64,000 nt of DNA from Candidatus Multivoradales bacterium (GTDB lineage Bacteria > Acidobacteriota > Thermoanaerobaculia > Multivoradales > Multivoraceae): positions 640,001 through 704,000 of the forward strand of contig CBDCWI010000001.1 of the NCBI GenBank assembly GCA_965223325.1. Reading direction: 5' to 3'. The position numbers and the translations under genes are program-made. Position 1 is the stretch's first letter; each line of letters starts with the position of its first letter. Under the pieces are notes generated by a model that was not told the DNA's origin, searched no databases, and saw nothing but the letters and a program-made list of their open reading frames with translations. Shown here one piece after another: positions 39,485 to 48,607 of the stretch.

Positions 39485-40093
39485 ATGATGAATCGCGATA
39501 CAGGTTGGGCAACCGTCCAGGAGTTCGTCTCCAAGGACCCGCTGCGGCGGCACATGCTGGCGGTCGAAGCGGCCATGCGCTGGTACGCCGAGCGGCTCGA
39601 CGAAGACGTCGAGGAGTGGGGCCTGGCCGGCCTGCTCCACGACTTCGACTGGGAGCTGCACCCAACGCTCGAGCAACACCCACGCGACGGCGCGCCCATC
39701 CTGCGCGAACGGGGCTGTCCCGAGACCGTCGTACACGCGATCCTCGCCCACAACACCGAGGGCACCGGCGTCGAACGGAGTCGCCCGCTCGACTTCGCAC
39801 TCCTCGCCTGCGACGAGATCACTGGGCTGATCTCCGCCGCGGCGCTGGTCCGGCCGAGTAAGGACATCCGTGACGTGCCACTCAAGTCGGTCAAGAAGAG
39901 GTGGAAGGCGAGGTCCTTCGCCCCCGGCGTCGACCGCGACCACGTCGAAGAGGCAACCGCTGACTTCGCCAAGCAATGCTACGGCGGAGAACTCGACCTC
40001 TGGCAGCACACCAACAACGTGCTCGAAGCCATGCAGGGTGCGGCCGCGGCTCTCAAACTCGACGGGTCGCTCGCTCAGGCTGAACCGGCGTGA
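39485..40093 (+). CDS. HD-domain (HDIG) metal-dependent phosphohydrolase
   Basis: H.LAVEAAMR, GLLHDFD, HP, AILAH, DEITGLI. Confidence 0.88.
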   Translation: MMNRDTGWATVQEFVSKDPLRRHMLAVEAAMRWYAERLDEDVEEWGLAGLLHDFDWELHPTLEQHPRDGAPILRERGCPETVVHAILAHNTEGTGVERSRPLDFALLACDEITGLISAAALVRPSKDIRDVPLKSVKKRWKARSFAPGVDRDHVEEATADFAKQCYGGELDLWQHTNNVLEAMQGAAAALKLDGSLAQAEPA

Positions 40094-40803
40094 CCAGGCG
40101 ACCCCTGACGACAAGCGCGCGAGGCCTGGCGCTCGTCGCCGCGCTGGCGATCAACCTGCCGCTCTTCGCCCAGCAGTCGCCCGACCCCAACCAACCCCAG
40201 GGGGCCGAGCTCGCTTTCCCGAGCGACTGGAAGATCCGGCTGGACCACCCCACCGCAGTCATGCACATCGGCGACCAGGCAAGTGATGACGTGTTCTTCG
40301 TCAACATGACACCGGGGTGGCACCTGCGTAGTACGCCACCGGTGATCGCCTGGCACCCGGGTCTCCTCGCCGGCGGCACCTACCGGGTAACCGCCGACAT
40401 CCATCTCTTCGATCCCGATGGCAGCAACCGAGGCTTCGGCATTCTCTTCGGTGGCCAACAACTCGAGCGCCCCGAAAGGGCGATCTTCGACGTGTTTCTG
40501 ATTCGCAATACCGGCGAGTATCGCCTCGAGGGCCACAACTCGCGGCTCATCGAAACGATCGCCGACTGGAGCGACGCACCTTCGGTTCGACCGTTCACCG
40601 ACGCCACCGACGGTAGCGTCCTCAATGCAATTTCGATGGACGTCGGGCCAGAGATCGTGCGCTTCGAGGTCAACGACGAGCTCGTCGCCGAGCTGCCGCG
40701 CAACGAAGTCAACACCGAAGGCTACGTCGGCCTGCGGGTCGAGGGCTTTCTCAACCTACACATCTCCGACCTGCGCATCGTCCCCAGCAGCGCGTCGCCC
40801 TAG
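40090..40803 (+). CDS. Secreted hypothetical beta-sandwich protein
   Basis: Signal peptide; FGILFGG, FEVND, GYVGLRV pattern typical of ConA-like folds; GTGA overlap with HD gene. Confidence 0.55.
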   Translation: MTRRPLTTSARGLALVAALAINLPLFAQQSPDPNQPQGAELAFPSDWKIRLDHPTAVMHIGDQASDDVFFVNMTPGWHLRSTPPVIAWHPGLLAGGTYRVTADIHLFDPDGSNRGFGILFGGQQLERPERAIFDVFLIRNTGEYRLEGHNSRLIETIADWSDAPSVRPFTDATDGSVLNAISMDVGPEIVRFEVNDELVAELPRNEVNTEGYVGLRVEGFLNLHISDLRIVPSSASP

Positions 40804-40814
40804 GAGCTCGCCCC

Positions 40815-41903
40815 TCAAGTGACTCGGCGACGACGGTTCCTGATGTAGTCGGCGAAGACGAACTCGCTCAGGTTGTGCGGCGACGCGAAGTAGGCTCGAC
40901 CGCGGTTGATGCGCGTCATCTTCTCGACGAAGTCCACCAGGCTCGGGTCGGTCGCCACCATGAAGGTCGTGATCACCACCTTCTGCCGGCGACACTGCTC
41001 GGCCTCTTCGAGAGTCTTGTTGACAATCCGCAGGTCGAGGCTCCAGGGGTTCTTGTAGACCCCTGAGCCGTCGCGGATGGCGGTCGGATGACCATCTGTG
41101 ATCAGGAAGATCTGTTTGTTGCGGTGACGACAACGGCCGAGGAGCTGACGCCCCAGCTGCAGCGCATCTGAGGTGTTGGTGTGGTACGGCCCGGCCTGGA
41201 GCGTGGCGATCTCCGACAGCTCGATTGGCTCGGCCTGGTCGCCGAACGACGCGACCTCGAGATGGTCGCGCGGATACTTCTCGCGGATCAACTCGGTCAG
41301 CGCAAGGGCGACCTTCTTGGCCGGCGTCAACCGGTCTTCGCCGTAGTAGACCATCGAGTACGAAACGTCGATCGCCACCATCGTCGCACTGGTGGTCATG
41401 AACTCGGTTTCCTGGACCTCGAAATCTTCAGCGCCAAGCTCGATGCGCCCCTTGTTACGACGCAGAGAGTTGGTGACCGAACGCATCGGATCAATGCGGT
41501 GAAGCTCATCACCAAAGCGGTAGCGCCGCGTCTCGGGCAGCGCCTCACCACCATCTCCGGGACTCGTCGTGGTGTGTTGGCCGGCACCGGAGCGCGCCAG
41601 ACCGTTCCAGATCTCCTCGAACGCCGAGCGGCGAATACGCCGCTGACCAACGGCCGACAGCACCAGTTTGCCGTTTGCAGCGCGGGTTACCGTCTCGTCA
41701 TCCTCGAGAGAAGCGAGAAACGCGTCGAGATCGACGGTCGGATCGAGGTGTCCCGCCGCCTGCAGTTGCCGCATCCACTCGAGTGCCTGCTCGGGGTCAC
41801 CACCAGCCATCATCACCAGGTCGTTCCACAACCGAGTCAGATCGAGGCCAGCCAGTGCAGCTTTGATGACTTCGGGGTCGAGATAGCCGTAGCGATGCCG
41901 CAT
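40815..41903 (-). CDS. VWA domain-containing protein
   Basis: MIDAS DVSYS, GPYHTNT, ITDG. Confidence 0.88.
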   Translation of the reverse strand: MRHRYGYLDPEVIKAALAGLDLTRLWNDLVMMAGGDPEQALEWMRQLQAAGHLDPTVDLDAFLASLEDDETVTRAANGKLVLSAVGQRRIRRSAFEEIWNGLARSGAGQHTTTSPGDGGEALPETRRYRFGDELHRIDPMRSVTNSLRRNKGRIELGAEDFEVQETEFMTTSATMVAIDVSYSMVYYGEDRLTPAKKVALALTELIREKYPRDHLEVASFGDQAEPIELSEIATLQAGPYHTNTSDALQLGRQLLGRCRHRNKQIFLITDGHPTAIRDGSGVYKNPWSLDLRIVNKTLEEAEQCRRQKVVITTFMVATDPSLVDFVEKMTRINRGRAYFASPHNLSEFVFADYIRNRRRRVT

Positions 41904-41931
41904 GAGAGCAGTATAAGGACCGCCGGCTGGC

Positions 41932-42432
41932 TCACGCGTCGTTGCGGCCGCGCCGCCATTCACTTTCCCAGACGTCGACCTGCTGGCGGAGCCAGGCGCG
42001 GATCTCATCACGCGCGGCGACGAACGCCTGGCGGCGTGCGCGTTCGTCGCCCTCTGCATTCGAGGGATCACGGAACGCGTGGTGCAGATTCCGCACGCGC
42101 GCCGGCAGGTACGGGCACGCCTCGCGTGCGTCGTCACACACGGTGACCACGATGTCCGCAATGGGCTCCCCGCCACCCCGCTGCGCAACCAGTTCGGCGA
42201 TGGTCTTCGAAGTCTGGGTGGAGGTATCGATCCCGAGTTCCTCGAGAACCGCGGCGGCAAGTGGTTTGACTCGCGTCGCTTCGGTGCCGGCCGACAACGC
42301 TTCGAAACGCTCGCCGAAGTCGTGCCGCAAGAGTCCCTCGGCCAACTGCGAGCGGGCGGAGTTGTGGGTGCACAAAAAGAGCACCACAGGAACCTCTCGC
42401 GCCACCTTCCCGGTCATCGGTGGATCGATCAT
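41932..42432 (-). CDS. arsC: Arsenate reductase ArsC (LMW-PTP family)
   Basis: LFLCTHNSARSQLAEG, SAGT, TVCD...ACP, DP. Confidence 0.85.
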   Translation of the reverse strand: MIDPPMTGKVAREVPVVLFLCTHNSARSQLAEGLLRHDFGERFEALSAGTEATRVKPLAAAVLEELGIDTSTQTSKTIAELVAQRGGGEPIADIVVTVCDDAREACPYLPARVRNLHHAFRDPSNAEGDERARRQAFVAARDEIRAWLRQQVDVWESEWRRGRNDA

Positions 42433-42483
42433 CAGTCGAAACCTACCGCACACACCGAGCGCTCTGTACGGCATGATAGGCCG

Positions 42484-43506
42484 ATGAAGTTCGGGCCCCT
42501 CCCCATCGACCAGGCACTCGGCGCCGTTCTCGGTCACAACGTCTATGGCGACGACGGCCGTCGTCGACTGCGCAAAGGGCGTCGCCTCACCCCTCCCGAC
42601 ATTGAGCTCCTGGCACAAGTCGGCCGGAGCTCGGTGTTCGCCGCCACGCTCGAACCCGGCGATGTGCTCGAAGACGAAGCCGCCTTGCGGGTGTCGCAGG
42701 CGGCCGCCGACCCGACCGATCTCGTGCTCTCCGGGCCGGCCACCGGTCGCGTCAACTTCCGGGCCGAGAAGCTCGGTATTCTGCGGGTCGACGTCGAGCG
42801 CCTGCTCGAGCTGAACGAGATCAACGGCATCACGCTGGCGACGCTCGAGAGCAACCGTGCGGTCCATGCCGGGCGCACCGTCGCAACGACCAAGATCCTC
42901 CCCTACGCCCTTTCTGAAACCGCAGTTGCCGGCGCCGAGGCGCTCCTGGTCGAGGCACCAGTGCTCCGCCTCGAAGCCTTACCCGAACGTCGAGTCGGGC
43001 TTCTGGTCACCGCCTCGAGCGGTAGCCTGGACGCGACCCTCAAAGGCTTTGATGCACCCCTCAGGCGACGGGTCGAGGCACTCGGGTCGAGCATCACCGA
43101 GGCTCGCGCGGTCGAGCTCACCGGCGATGGCGAAGTCGAGCATCTCGAGGCGGCCCTCGGTGAACTCAGCCGAAGGCCAATCGACCTGCTCCTGCTCGCC
43201 GGCGAAACCGCCATCCAGGACCGGCTCGACCTCGCTCCCCGCGCCCTCGAAGCTGCTGGCGGCGAGGTGGCGGTCTTCGGTGCACCGGTCGACCCAGGCA
43301 ACCTCTTGCTGTTGGGACAACTCGGCGGGATCGCTGTTCTCGGTGCCCCGGGCTGCGCGCGCAGCCCCAAGACCAACATCGTCGACCTCTTACTACCGCG
43401 TCTCCTGGCGGGCGATCTGTTGACCCGGCGCGACGTCCTCGAGCTCGCTCATGGCGGTTTGCTCGAAGACGTACCCGAAAGGCCGCTGCCCCGCAGTCGC
43501 GTCTGA
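42484..43506 (+). CDS. Molybdopterin-binding (MoeA/Mog-like) protein
   Basis: MKFG...GAVLGH, EDEAA, TGRVN, PVDPGNLL, GAPGCARSPK, GGLL. Confidence 0.82.
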   Translation: MKFGPLPIDQALGAVLGHNVYGDDGRRRLRKGRRLTPPDIELLAQVGRSSVFAATLEPGDVLEDEAALRVSQAAADPTDLVLSGPATGRVNFRAEKLGILRVDVERLLELNEINGITLATLESNRAVHAGRTVATTKILPYALSETAVAGAEALLVEAPVLRLEALPERRVGLLVTASSGSLDATLKGFDAPLRRRVEALGSSITEARAVELTGDGEVEHLEAALGELSRRPIDLLLLAGETAIQDRLDLAPRALEAAGGEVAVFGAPVDPGNLLLLGQLGGIAVLGAPGCARSPKTNIVDLLLPRLLAGDLLTRRDVLELAHGGLLEDVPERPLPRSRV

Positions 43507-43564
43507 GCCGCTCCGGCCTGGTGGCCCACCTCGAGGACGTGCGGCATAGAGCGAGCGCCAGCGG

Positions 43565-44080
43565 TCAGTCTCGAGGCGCCTCACTCACGGCTGCTCGCTG
43601 GTAGATCAAGCGAACCTTCTGGTCGGTGTCGACCAGCTCGAGGCGATCGGCACGTAGCCGATGACCCCGCACCTCCCGCAAGACCCCGACGAACTCGCTC
43701 TCGATCGCCGCCCGATCGGGTTGGCAGGCGCGTCGGGACATGCCGAAGATCTCGAAGTGGAAGGGCTCTGTTTCGCCCTCCTGTGACGCACCACGACCTT
43801 TCATGAAGCGATTGCAGCCGGCGTAGCCACTGATGCCGCCATCTTCGCTGATCGTCATGTCCAACTCGACGGTCTCTGGCGCCGGCTGGCCATCGATCTC
43901 GACCAGCAGCCAGCGCCCCGTCAGGCCCTCGGTTCCACGCATCGCCTTGTCACTCTCCCGGGCTGAAACCGCCTCCTCCGGCTCAGTGCCCAATCGGGCG
44001 TCACCTGCTCCCGGACTCATGCAGCCAACAACACAGAGCGCGAGGACCAGCAGCCCGATCGCGGGCACAGAGACCTTCAT
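43565..44080 (-). CDS. META-domain (HslJ-like) lipoprotein
   Basis: Lipobox VVGC; W.LV.I.G, SGYAGCNRF, MSRRAC. Confidence 0.85.
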   Translation of the reverse strand: MKVSVPAIGLLVLALCVVGCMSPGAGDARLGTEPEEAVSARESDKAMRGTEGLTGRWLLVEIDGQPAPETVELDMTISEDGGISGYAGCNRFMKGRGASQEGETEPFHFEIFGMSRRACQPDRAAIESEFVGVLREVRGHRLRADRLELVDTDQKVRLIYQRAAVSEAPRD

Positions 44081-45372
44081 GGAGTCGTGTTCGACCAGAT
44101 ATCCGCGTCGCCGACTTCGAAATCGTCGGCAAAGATGCCGCCCGCAGTGAAGTTGGTCGCGGAGAGTTGGTACTCCCCTCCGCCCTCGAACGGCACGACG
44201 TGGATGTACCACGTCCCCGGGTTGGGACTCGTGAACTCGCAGTACTCGTGGACACCCAGGGCATCGCTCTTGCAGTCGAAGTCCAGCGGTGAAGCCTGGG
44301 AGCCGAACTTGACGTAGAAGTCGAAATCGTTGGCGGCTCCATGAACCCCATTGAGCGCGAAACGCAGCAGGTCGGTTCCGGTCGGAACTTCGTGCGTCCA
44401 ATCGGCTGCGTTCCCGCCACTGAGGGTGCCCGCGCCAATCAGAACCGGCGCAAAGTAGCTGTCCGCAGGGCCAACGTCGCCACAGTGTCGTGCACCGAGG
44501 TTGGCGCCAGCTTTGGTTTGGATCCACGCGCGCTCGACAAAGACATCGGCATCCCATGCCTCGTCTGGAGTTTGGCAACTGGTGTTGATACCTCCTGACG
44601 TCACACCGGCGACCGTGAGCTTGCCGTCGCCGAAAATGCCAAAGAGCGGACCACCCGAATCGCCCTGGCAAGTGTTCGAATCCTGTCCCGGAGCGCCGAT
44701 CGGGCTCTCGAAGGTCCAGCACAGGTGTCGATTCCCTGGAACTTCGGTGCACGGCGCGGTAGTGACCAGACCAGAGTTTTTGTTGCCATTGCTGTTCGCG
44801 CCACCGGTGCGCCCGAAACCAACCACCAGGGCCCGGTTGCCGTCCCCGACCCGGAAGTGCGTGTTGATCGGTGCCGGCTCGACTCCGGTGACCTCCGAGG
44901 ACAGCTCGAGAACTGCCGTGTCGGAACGCTCACCGAAAACATAGTTGGGCGGAACGTGCACTTTGGAGACGCCATGGATTCCGGCATGCTGGAGGAAGAC
45001 ACCGAAACTGTTCGCGGGGACCAGATCCGCGCCGCCGGCCTGGCAGTCGGCTCCCGTCTCGTTGCAGACACAATGGGCTGCGGTCAGCACCGTACGACAG
45101 CCGATGAGCGTTCCGGTACAGAACTGGCGGCCGCTGGTCGAGATCAGGGAAACCGTTTGAGGGAAGAGATTGGTACCAATCCCGTTGATCACCCGCTGTC
45201 CCGAAACCGGATCTCCGGCCGGAACCGTCGCCCGTGGCGATGAGTCCTCGGCAGCCTGTAGGGGGGCACCAGGTGACAAAACGAGACTCGCCAGAATCGC
45301 GACGGCAAGCCTTACCAGAGGGCTGCCGAGCGGTGACGGGGATGTGCGTGCCAGGACGTCGGAGGCGGGCAT
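44077..45372 (-). CDS. Secreted S1 serine protease with PPC domain and C-terminal IFADDFE motif
   Basis: TAAHC, SDTA, GDSGGP triad; DFDFYVKFG...PGTWY PPC domain; signal peptide. Confidence 0.92.
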   Translation of the reverse strand: MPASDVLARTSPSPLGSPLVRLAVAILASLVLSPGAPLQAAEDSSPRATVPAGDPVSGQRVINGIGTNLFPQTVSLISTSGRQFCTGTLIGCRTVLTAAHCVCNETGADCQAGGADLVPANSFGVFLQHAGIHGVSKVHVPPNYVFGERSDTAVLELSSEVTGVEPAPINTHFRVGDGNRALVVGFGRTGGANSNGNKNSGLVTTAPCTEVPGNRHLCWTFESPIGAPGQDSNTCQGDSGGPLFGIFGDGKLTVAGVTSGGINTSCQTPDEAWDADVFVERAWIQTKAGANLGARHCGDVGPADSYFAPVLIGAGTLSGGNAADWTHEVPTGTDLLRFALNGVHGAANDFDFYVKFGSQASPLDFDCKSDALGVHEYCEFTSPNPGTWYIHVVPFEGGGEYQLSATNFTAGGIFADDFEVGDADIWSNTTP

Positions 45373-45500
45373 GGAAACTCCTCACCGGATAGGAACCTTG
45401 GGGAAGAACCTTCCCAAGGCAGGGCAGAGCCCCGCGGAAGGAACTCCAAATGGTCGGGCAAGAATAGACCAAGGCTAGCATCCCGCATTACCCTCTACCG

Positions 45501-46163
45501 ATGACAGAGCACAACCCCATGGCGAAACCGACCAACGACGGCCGCCTCAAGTCGCCTTCAGCGGCACGCAACCGCGATCCGATCCTCGAAGTGCTACGGA
45601 CCCTCTTCGAAGCCGAAGCACGGGTTCTCGAGATCGGCAGTGGAAGCGGTGAGCACGCGGTCTTCTTTGCCGAAGCCCTGCCGCGGGTGACCTGGATCCC
45701 GAGCGACCCGGACGCGGAAGCGATCCGGAGTGTCGTCACCTGGACGAGCGCTACAGGTGCCACCAACGTCGAGTTGCCCCTGCAGCTCGATGTACGCGAC
45801 CCGACCTGGCCGGTCGAAGAGCTCCGACCGATCGATGCCATCGTCAGCATCAACATGATCCATATCGCCCCCTGGTCGGCGACCCTCGGCTTGCTGAGGG
45901 GCGCTGCGCGAGTCCTGGAAGACGGCGGCCTGCTTTTTCTGTACGGCCCGTTCCGGCGCGGCGGCACACACACGGCCCCTTCCAACGCTCGGTTCGACCA
46001 GTGGCTCAAGGAGCGCGATCCGAGCTACGGCGTGCGCGACCTCGACGACATCTCTCGGGAGGCAGAGGCGGTGGGCCTGGGAATCGAGCGCGAGGTCGAA
46101 ATGCCCGCCAACAATCTCTCGCTCATCCTTCGGCAGAGAAACGCCGACCGGGAGCGCTGCTGA
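45501..46163 (+). CDS. DUF938 family SAM-dependent methyltransferase
   Basis: AARNRDPIL, LEIGSGSGEH, NMIHIAPW, YGPF, MPANN. Confidence 0.9.
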   Translation: MTEHNPMAKPTNDGRLKSPSAARNRDPILEVLRTLFEAEARVLEIGSGSGEHAVFFAEALPRVTWIPSDPDAEAIRSVVTWTSATGATNVELPLQLDVRDPTWPVEELRPIDAIVSINMIHIAPWSATLGLLRGAARVLEDGGLLFLYGPFRRGGTHTAPSNARFDQWLKERDPSYGVRDLDDISREAEAVGLGIEREVEMPANNLSLILRQRNADRERC

Positions 46164-46235
46164 TGAGGAACAAACAGAAGGCGGTGCCCTTGAGGCACTC
46201 CCTGACGTGGCGCCCAGTGAGTCCATGGAGCACAG

Positions 46236-46785
46236 GTGAGTCCTTGGATCAAGGGAATATCTCTGTTCATCTTGTTGATTGGTTCACCGCTTCTCACCGA
46301 AGAGGCCGCTGTCAGTCAGTCGACCGCCACTACCGAAACGCCCTCACCTGAAAAGGTCGAGTTTCGAGACGACGCGATTCGAGCCAGTCGCGCCCTCCTC
46401 AGCGCCAGAGTCTCCGAGGGCGTGCCCGGCTTCTCGGTCGCCTTCGCTTTAAACGGCGAGGTGGTGTCGAGCGAAGGCCTCGGAGTCGCAGACATTGAAA
46501 GCCAGCGACCGGTGACCACCGAGACGCGCTTTCGAAGCGGCAGCACCTCGAAATCCGTAACCGCTGCCTGCCGGCCGCCTACTCGAACGCGGGCTCATCG
46601 ACCTCGACGCCGACATCGCCTGGTCGTTTGAAGATTCTCCGCACAGGGACCACCCGATCACCTTGCGCCACCTGCTCTCGAACCAGGCTGGGATTCGCCA
46701 CGACAAAGGCATCGAGTCCTTGAGCCGCACACACTTCGGCTCCCTCAAGACGGGTCTCGGCACTTTGACTCCGACGCTGATCTAA
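46236..46785 (+). pseudogene. Frameshifted, truncated serine hydrolase (beta-lactamase/PBP-like)
   Basis: VPGFSVA...G.G.AD...TRFRSGSTSK (SxxK); frame shifts near 46569 to GRLLERGLIDLD...ITLRHLLSNQAGIRH, then TAA at 46783. Confidence 0.82.
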
Positions 46786-48605
46786 CGCCCAGGTGCCTTC
46801 TTCGGCTTCTTCCGTGGTACGTACAGATCGGTGATCGTGCCCTCGAAGCCTTCAGCGCCCAGCGCAACGGTCTCAGAGAGCGTTGGATGAGGGTGAATCG
46901 AGAGGCCGATGTCGCGCGCGTCGGCACCCATCTCGATCGCCAGGACGACCTCCGCAATCAGGTCGCCGGCGTTGGGGCCTACGATACCGGCGCCCAGAAT
47001 GCGTTCATCTCGAGGGTCGAAGAGCAGCTTGGTGATCCCTTCGCCTCTGCCCATTGCCAGTGCACGCCCACTGGCCGCCCAGGGGAAGGTGCCCTTCTCG
47101 TACTCGGCGCCCCTGGCCTTGGCTTCTTCCTCGGTGAGACCGACCCAGGCGACTTCCGGATCGGTGTAGGCAACGCTCGGAATGACGGTGGCGTCGAAGC
47201 CGCTCTTCAGGCCGGCAATCACCTCGGCAGCGACCTTGCCTTCATGGGTCGCCTTGTGCGCCAACATGGGCTCGCCGACGACGTCGCCGATGGCGAAAAT
47301 GTGAGGCACCGCGGTGCGCATCTGGCGATCGACCTCGATGAAGCCGCGCTCGGTGACCGGAAGCCCGGCTGCCTCGGCTCCCACTTGGGTACCGTTCGGT
47401 CGCCTGCCCACCGCCACCAGGACGCGATCGAAGGTGGCGCTCGCGGGGGCGTCCTCGCCTTCGAAGGTGACCTTGATTCCCTTCTTGAGGGCTTTGGCAC
47501 CGGTCACCTTGGTTTCGAGCCAGATATTCTCGAGGGTGGCTTCGAGGCGCTTGGCGAGCGGGCGCACGAGATCCGCGTCGGCGCCCGCCATGATGCGTGG
47601 CAAGAGCTCGACGAGCGACACCCTGGTCCCGAGAGCGGCGTAGACGGTCGCCATCTCGAGGCCGATGATGCCGCCACCGATCACCAGCAGGCTCTTGGGA
47701 ATATCAGAAAGAGCTAGGGCACCGGTCGAGGTCATCACCCGCTCGTCGTCGTGCGGGAGGAAGGGAAGCTCGACTGCACGCGAGCCGACCGCCACGATGG
47801 CGTGGGCAAAAGACCACTCGCTCGTCGACGCGTCGTCTGCGAGGACCTCCAGGCGATGCGGGCTCACAAAGCGCGCGACCCCTGTGATCACACGGACCTT
47901 GCGACGCTTCGCCAGCTGGGCCAGGCCGCCGGTGAGTTTTCCAACCACTCCCTCTTTGAAGCCCCGCAGGCGATCGAGATCGATCTTGGGAGCCCCGAAC
48001 GTCACCCCGTGCTGGGCGGCGGCCTCCGCCTCCTCGATCACCTTGGCAACGTGCAAGAGGGCCTTTGACGGAATACAGCCGACGTTCAGGCACACGCCTC
48101 CCAGGTCGGAATAGCGCTCGACCAGCGCCACCCGGAGACCGAGATCGGCGGCGCGGAAGGCAGCAGTGTAGCCACCCGGGCCGGCACCGATCACCACACA
48201 GTCGAAGTCGTAGTCGGCGTCGGCTGGCGCCTCGTCTAGCGCAGGCTGAGTCAGCGAGGGCACAGCTGGCAAAGGAGCGGCGGGCGCCCCTTCTTCGGCC
48301 GCGGTCACCTCAGAAGCTCCCGATTCAGAAGCCTGCTCGCCGGCAGCTGGAACAAGAGCAGGCTCGAGCACTGCGATCACCGCACCCTCCCCGACCTTGT
48401 CACCGAGCGCCACCCGAATCTCCGTCACGGTGCCAGCCGCCGGAGATGGGATTTCCATCGAGGCCTTGTCGCTTTCGAGCGTCACCAAGGAATCGTCGAT
48501 CGCCACATGGTCGCCCACTGCCACCAGAATCTCGATGACATCGACGTCGTCGAAATCCCCAATGTCAGGAACAGCGACCTCCACAAGACCCGCCATCTGC
48601 GTCAC
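46782..48605 (-). CDS. lpdA: Dihydrolipoyl dehydrogenase (E3) with N-terminal lipoyl domain
   Basis: LESDKAS lipoyl motif, GAGPGG, GGVCLNVGCIPSK, HPHPTLSE. Confidence 0.97.
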   Translation of the reverse strand: MTQMAGLVEVAVPDIGDFDDVDVIEILVAVGDHVAIDDSLVTLESDKASMEIPSPAAGTVTEIRVALGDKVGEGAVIAVLEPALVPAAGEQASESGASEVTAAEEGAPAAPLPAVPSLTQPALDEAPADADYDFDCVVIGAGPGGYTAAFRAADLGLRVALVERYSDLGGVCLNVGCIPSKALLHVAKVIEEAEAAAQHGVTFGAPKIDLDRLRGFKEGVVGKLTGGLAQLAKRRKVRVITGVARFVSPHRLEVLADDASTSEWSFAHAIVAVGSRAVELPFLPHDDERVMTSTGALALSDIPKSLLVIGGGIIGLEMATVYAALGTRVSLVELLPRIMAGADADLVRPLAKRLEATLENIWLETKVTGAKALKKGIKVTFEGEDAPASATFDRVLVAVGRRPNGTQVGAEAAGLPVTERGFIEVDRQMRTAVPHIFAIGDVVGEPMLAHKATHEGKVAAEVIAGLKSGFDATVIPSVAYTDPEVAWVGLTEEEAKARGAEYEKGTFPWAASGRALAMGRGEGITKLLFDPRDERILGAGIVGPNAGDLIAEVVLAIEMGADARDIGLSIHPHPTLSETVALGAEGFEGTITDLYVPRKKPKKAPGR

Positions 48606-48607
48606 CC

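Noticed and set aside
46560-46580. Programmed frameshift in the serine hydrolase
   Set aside because: No slippery heptamer, and the shifted frame is also truncated; decay is more likely
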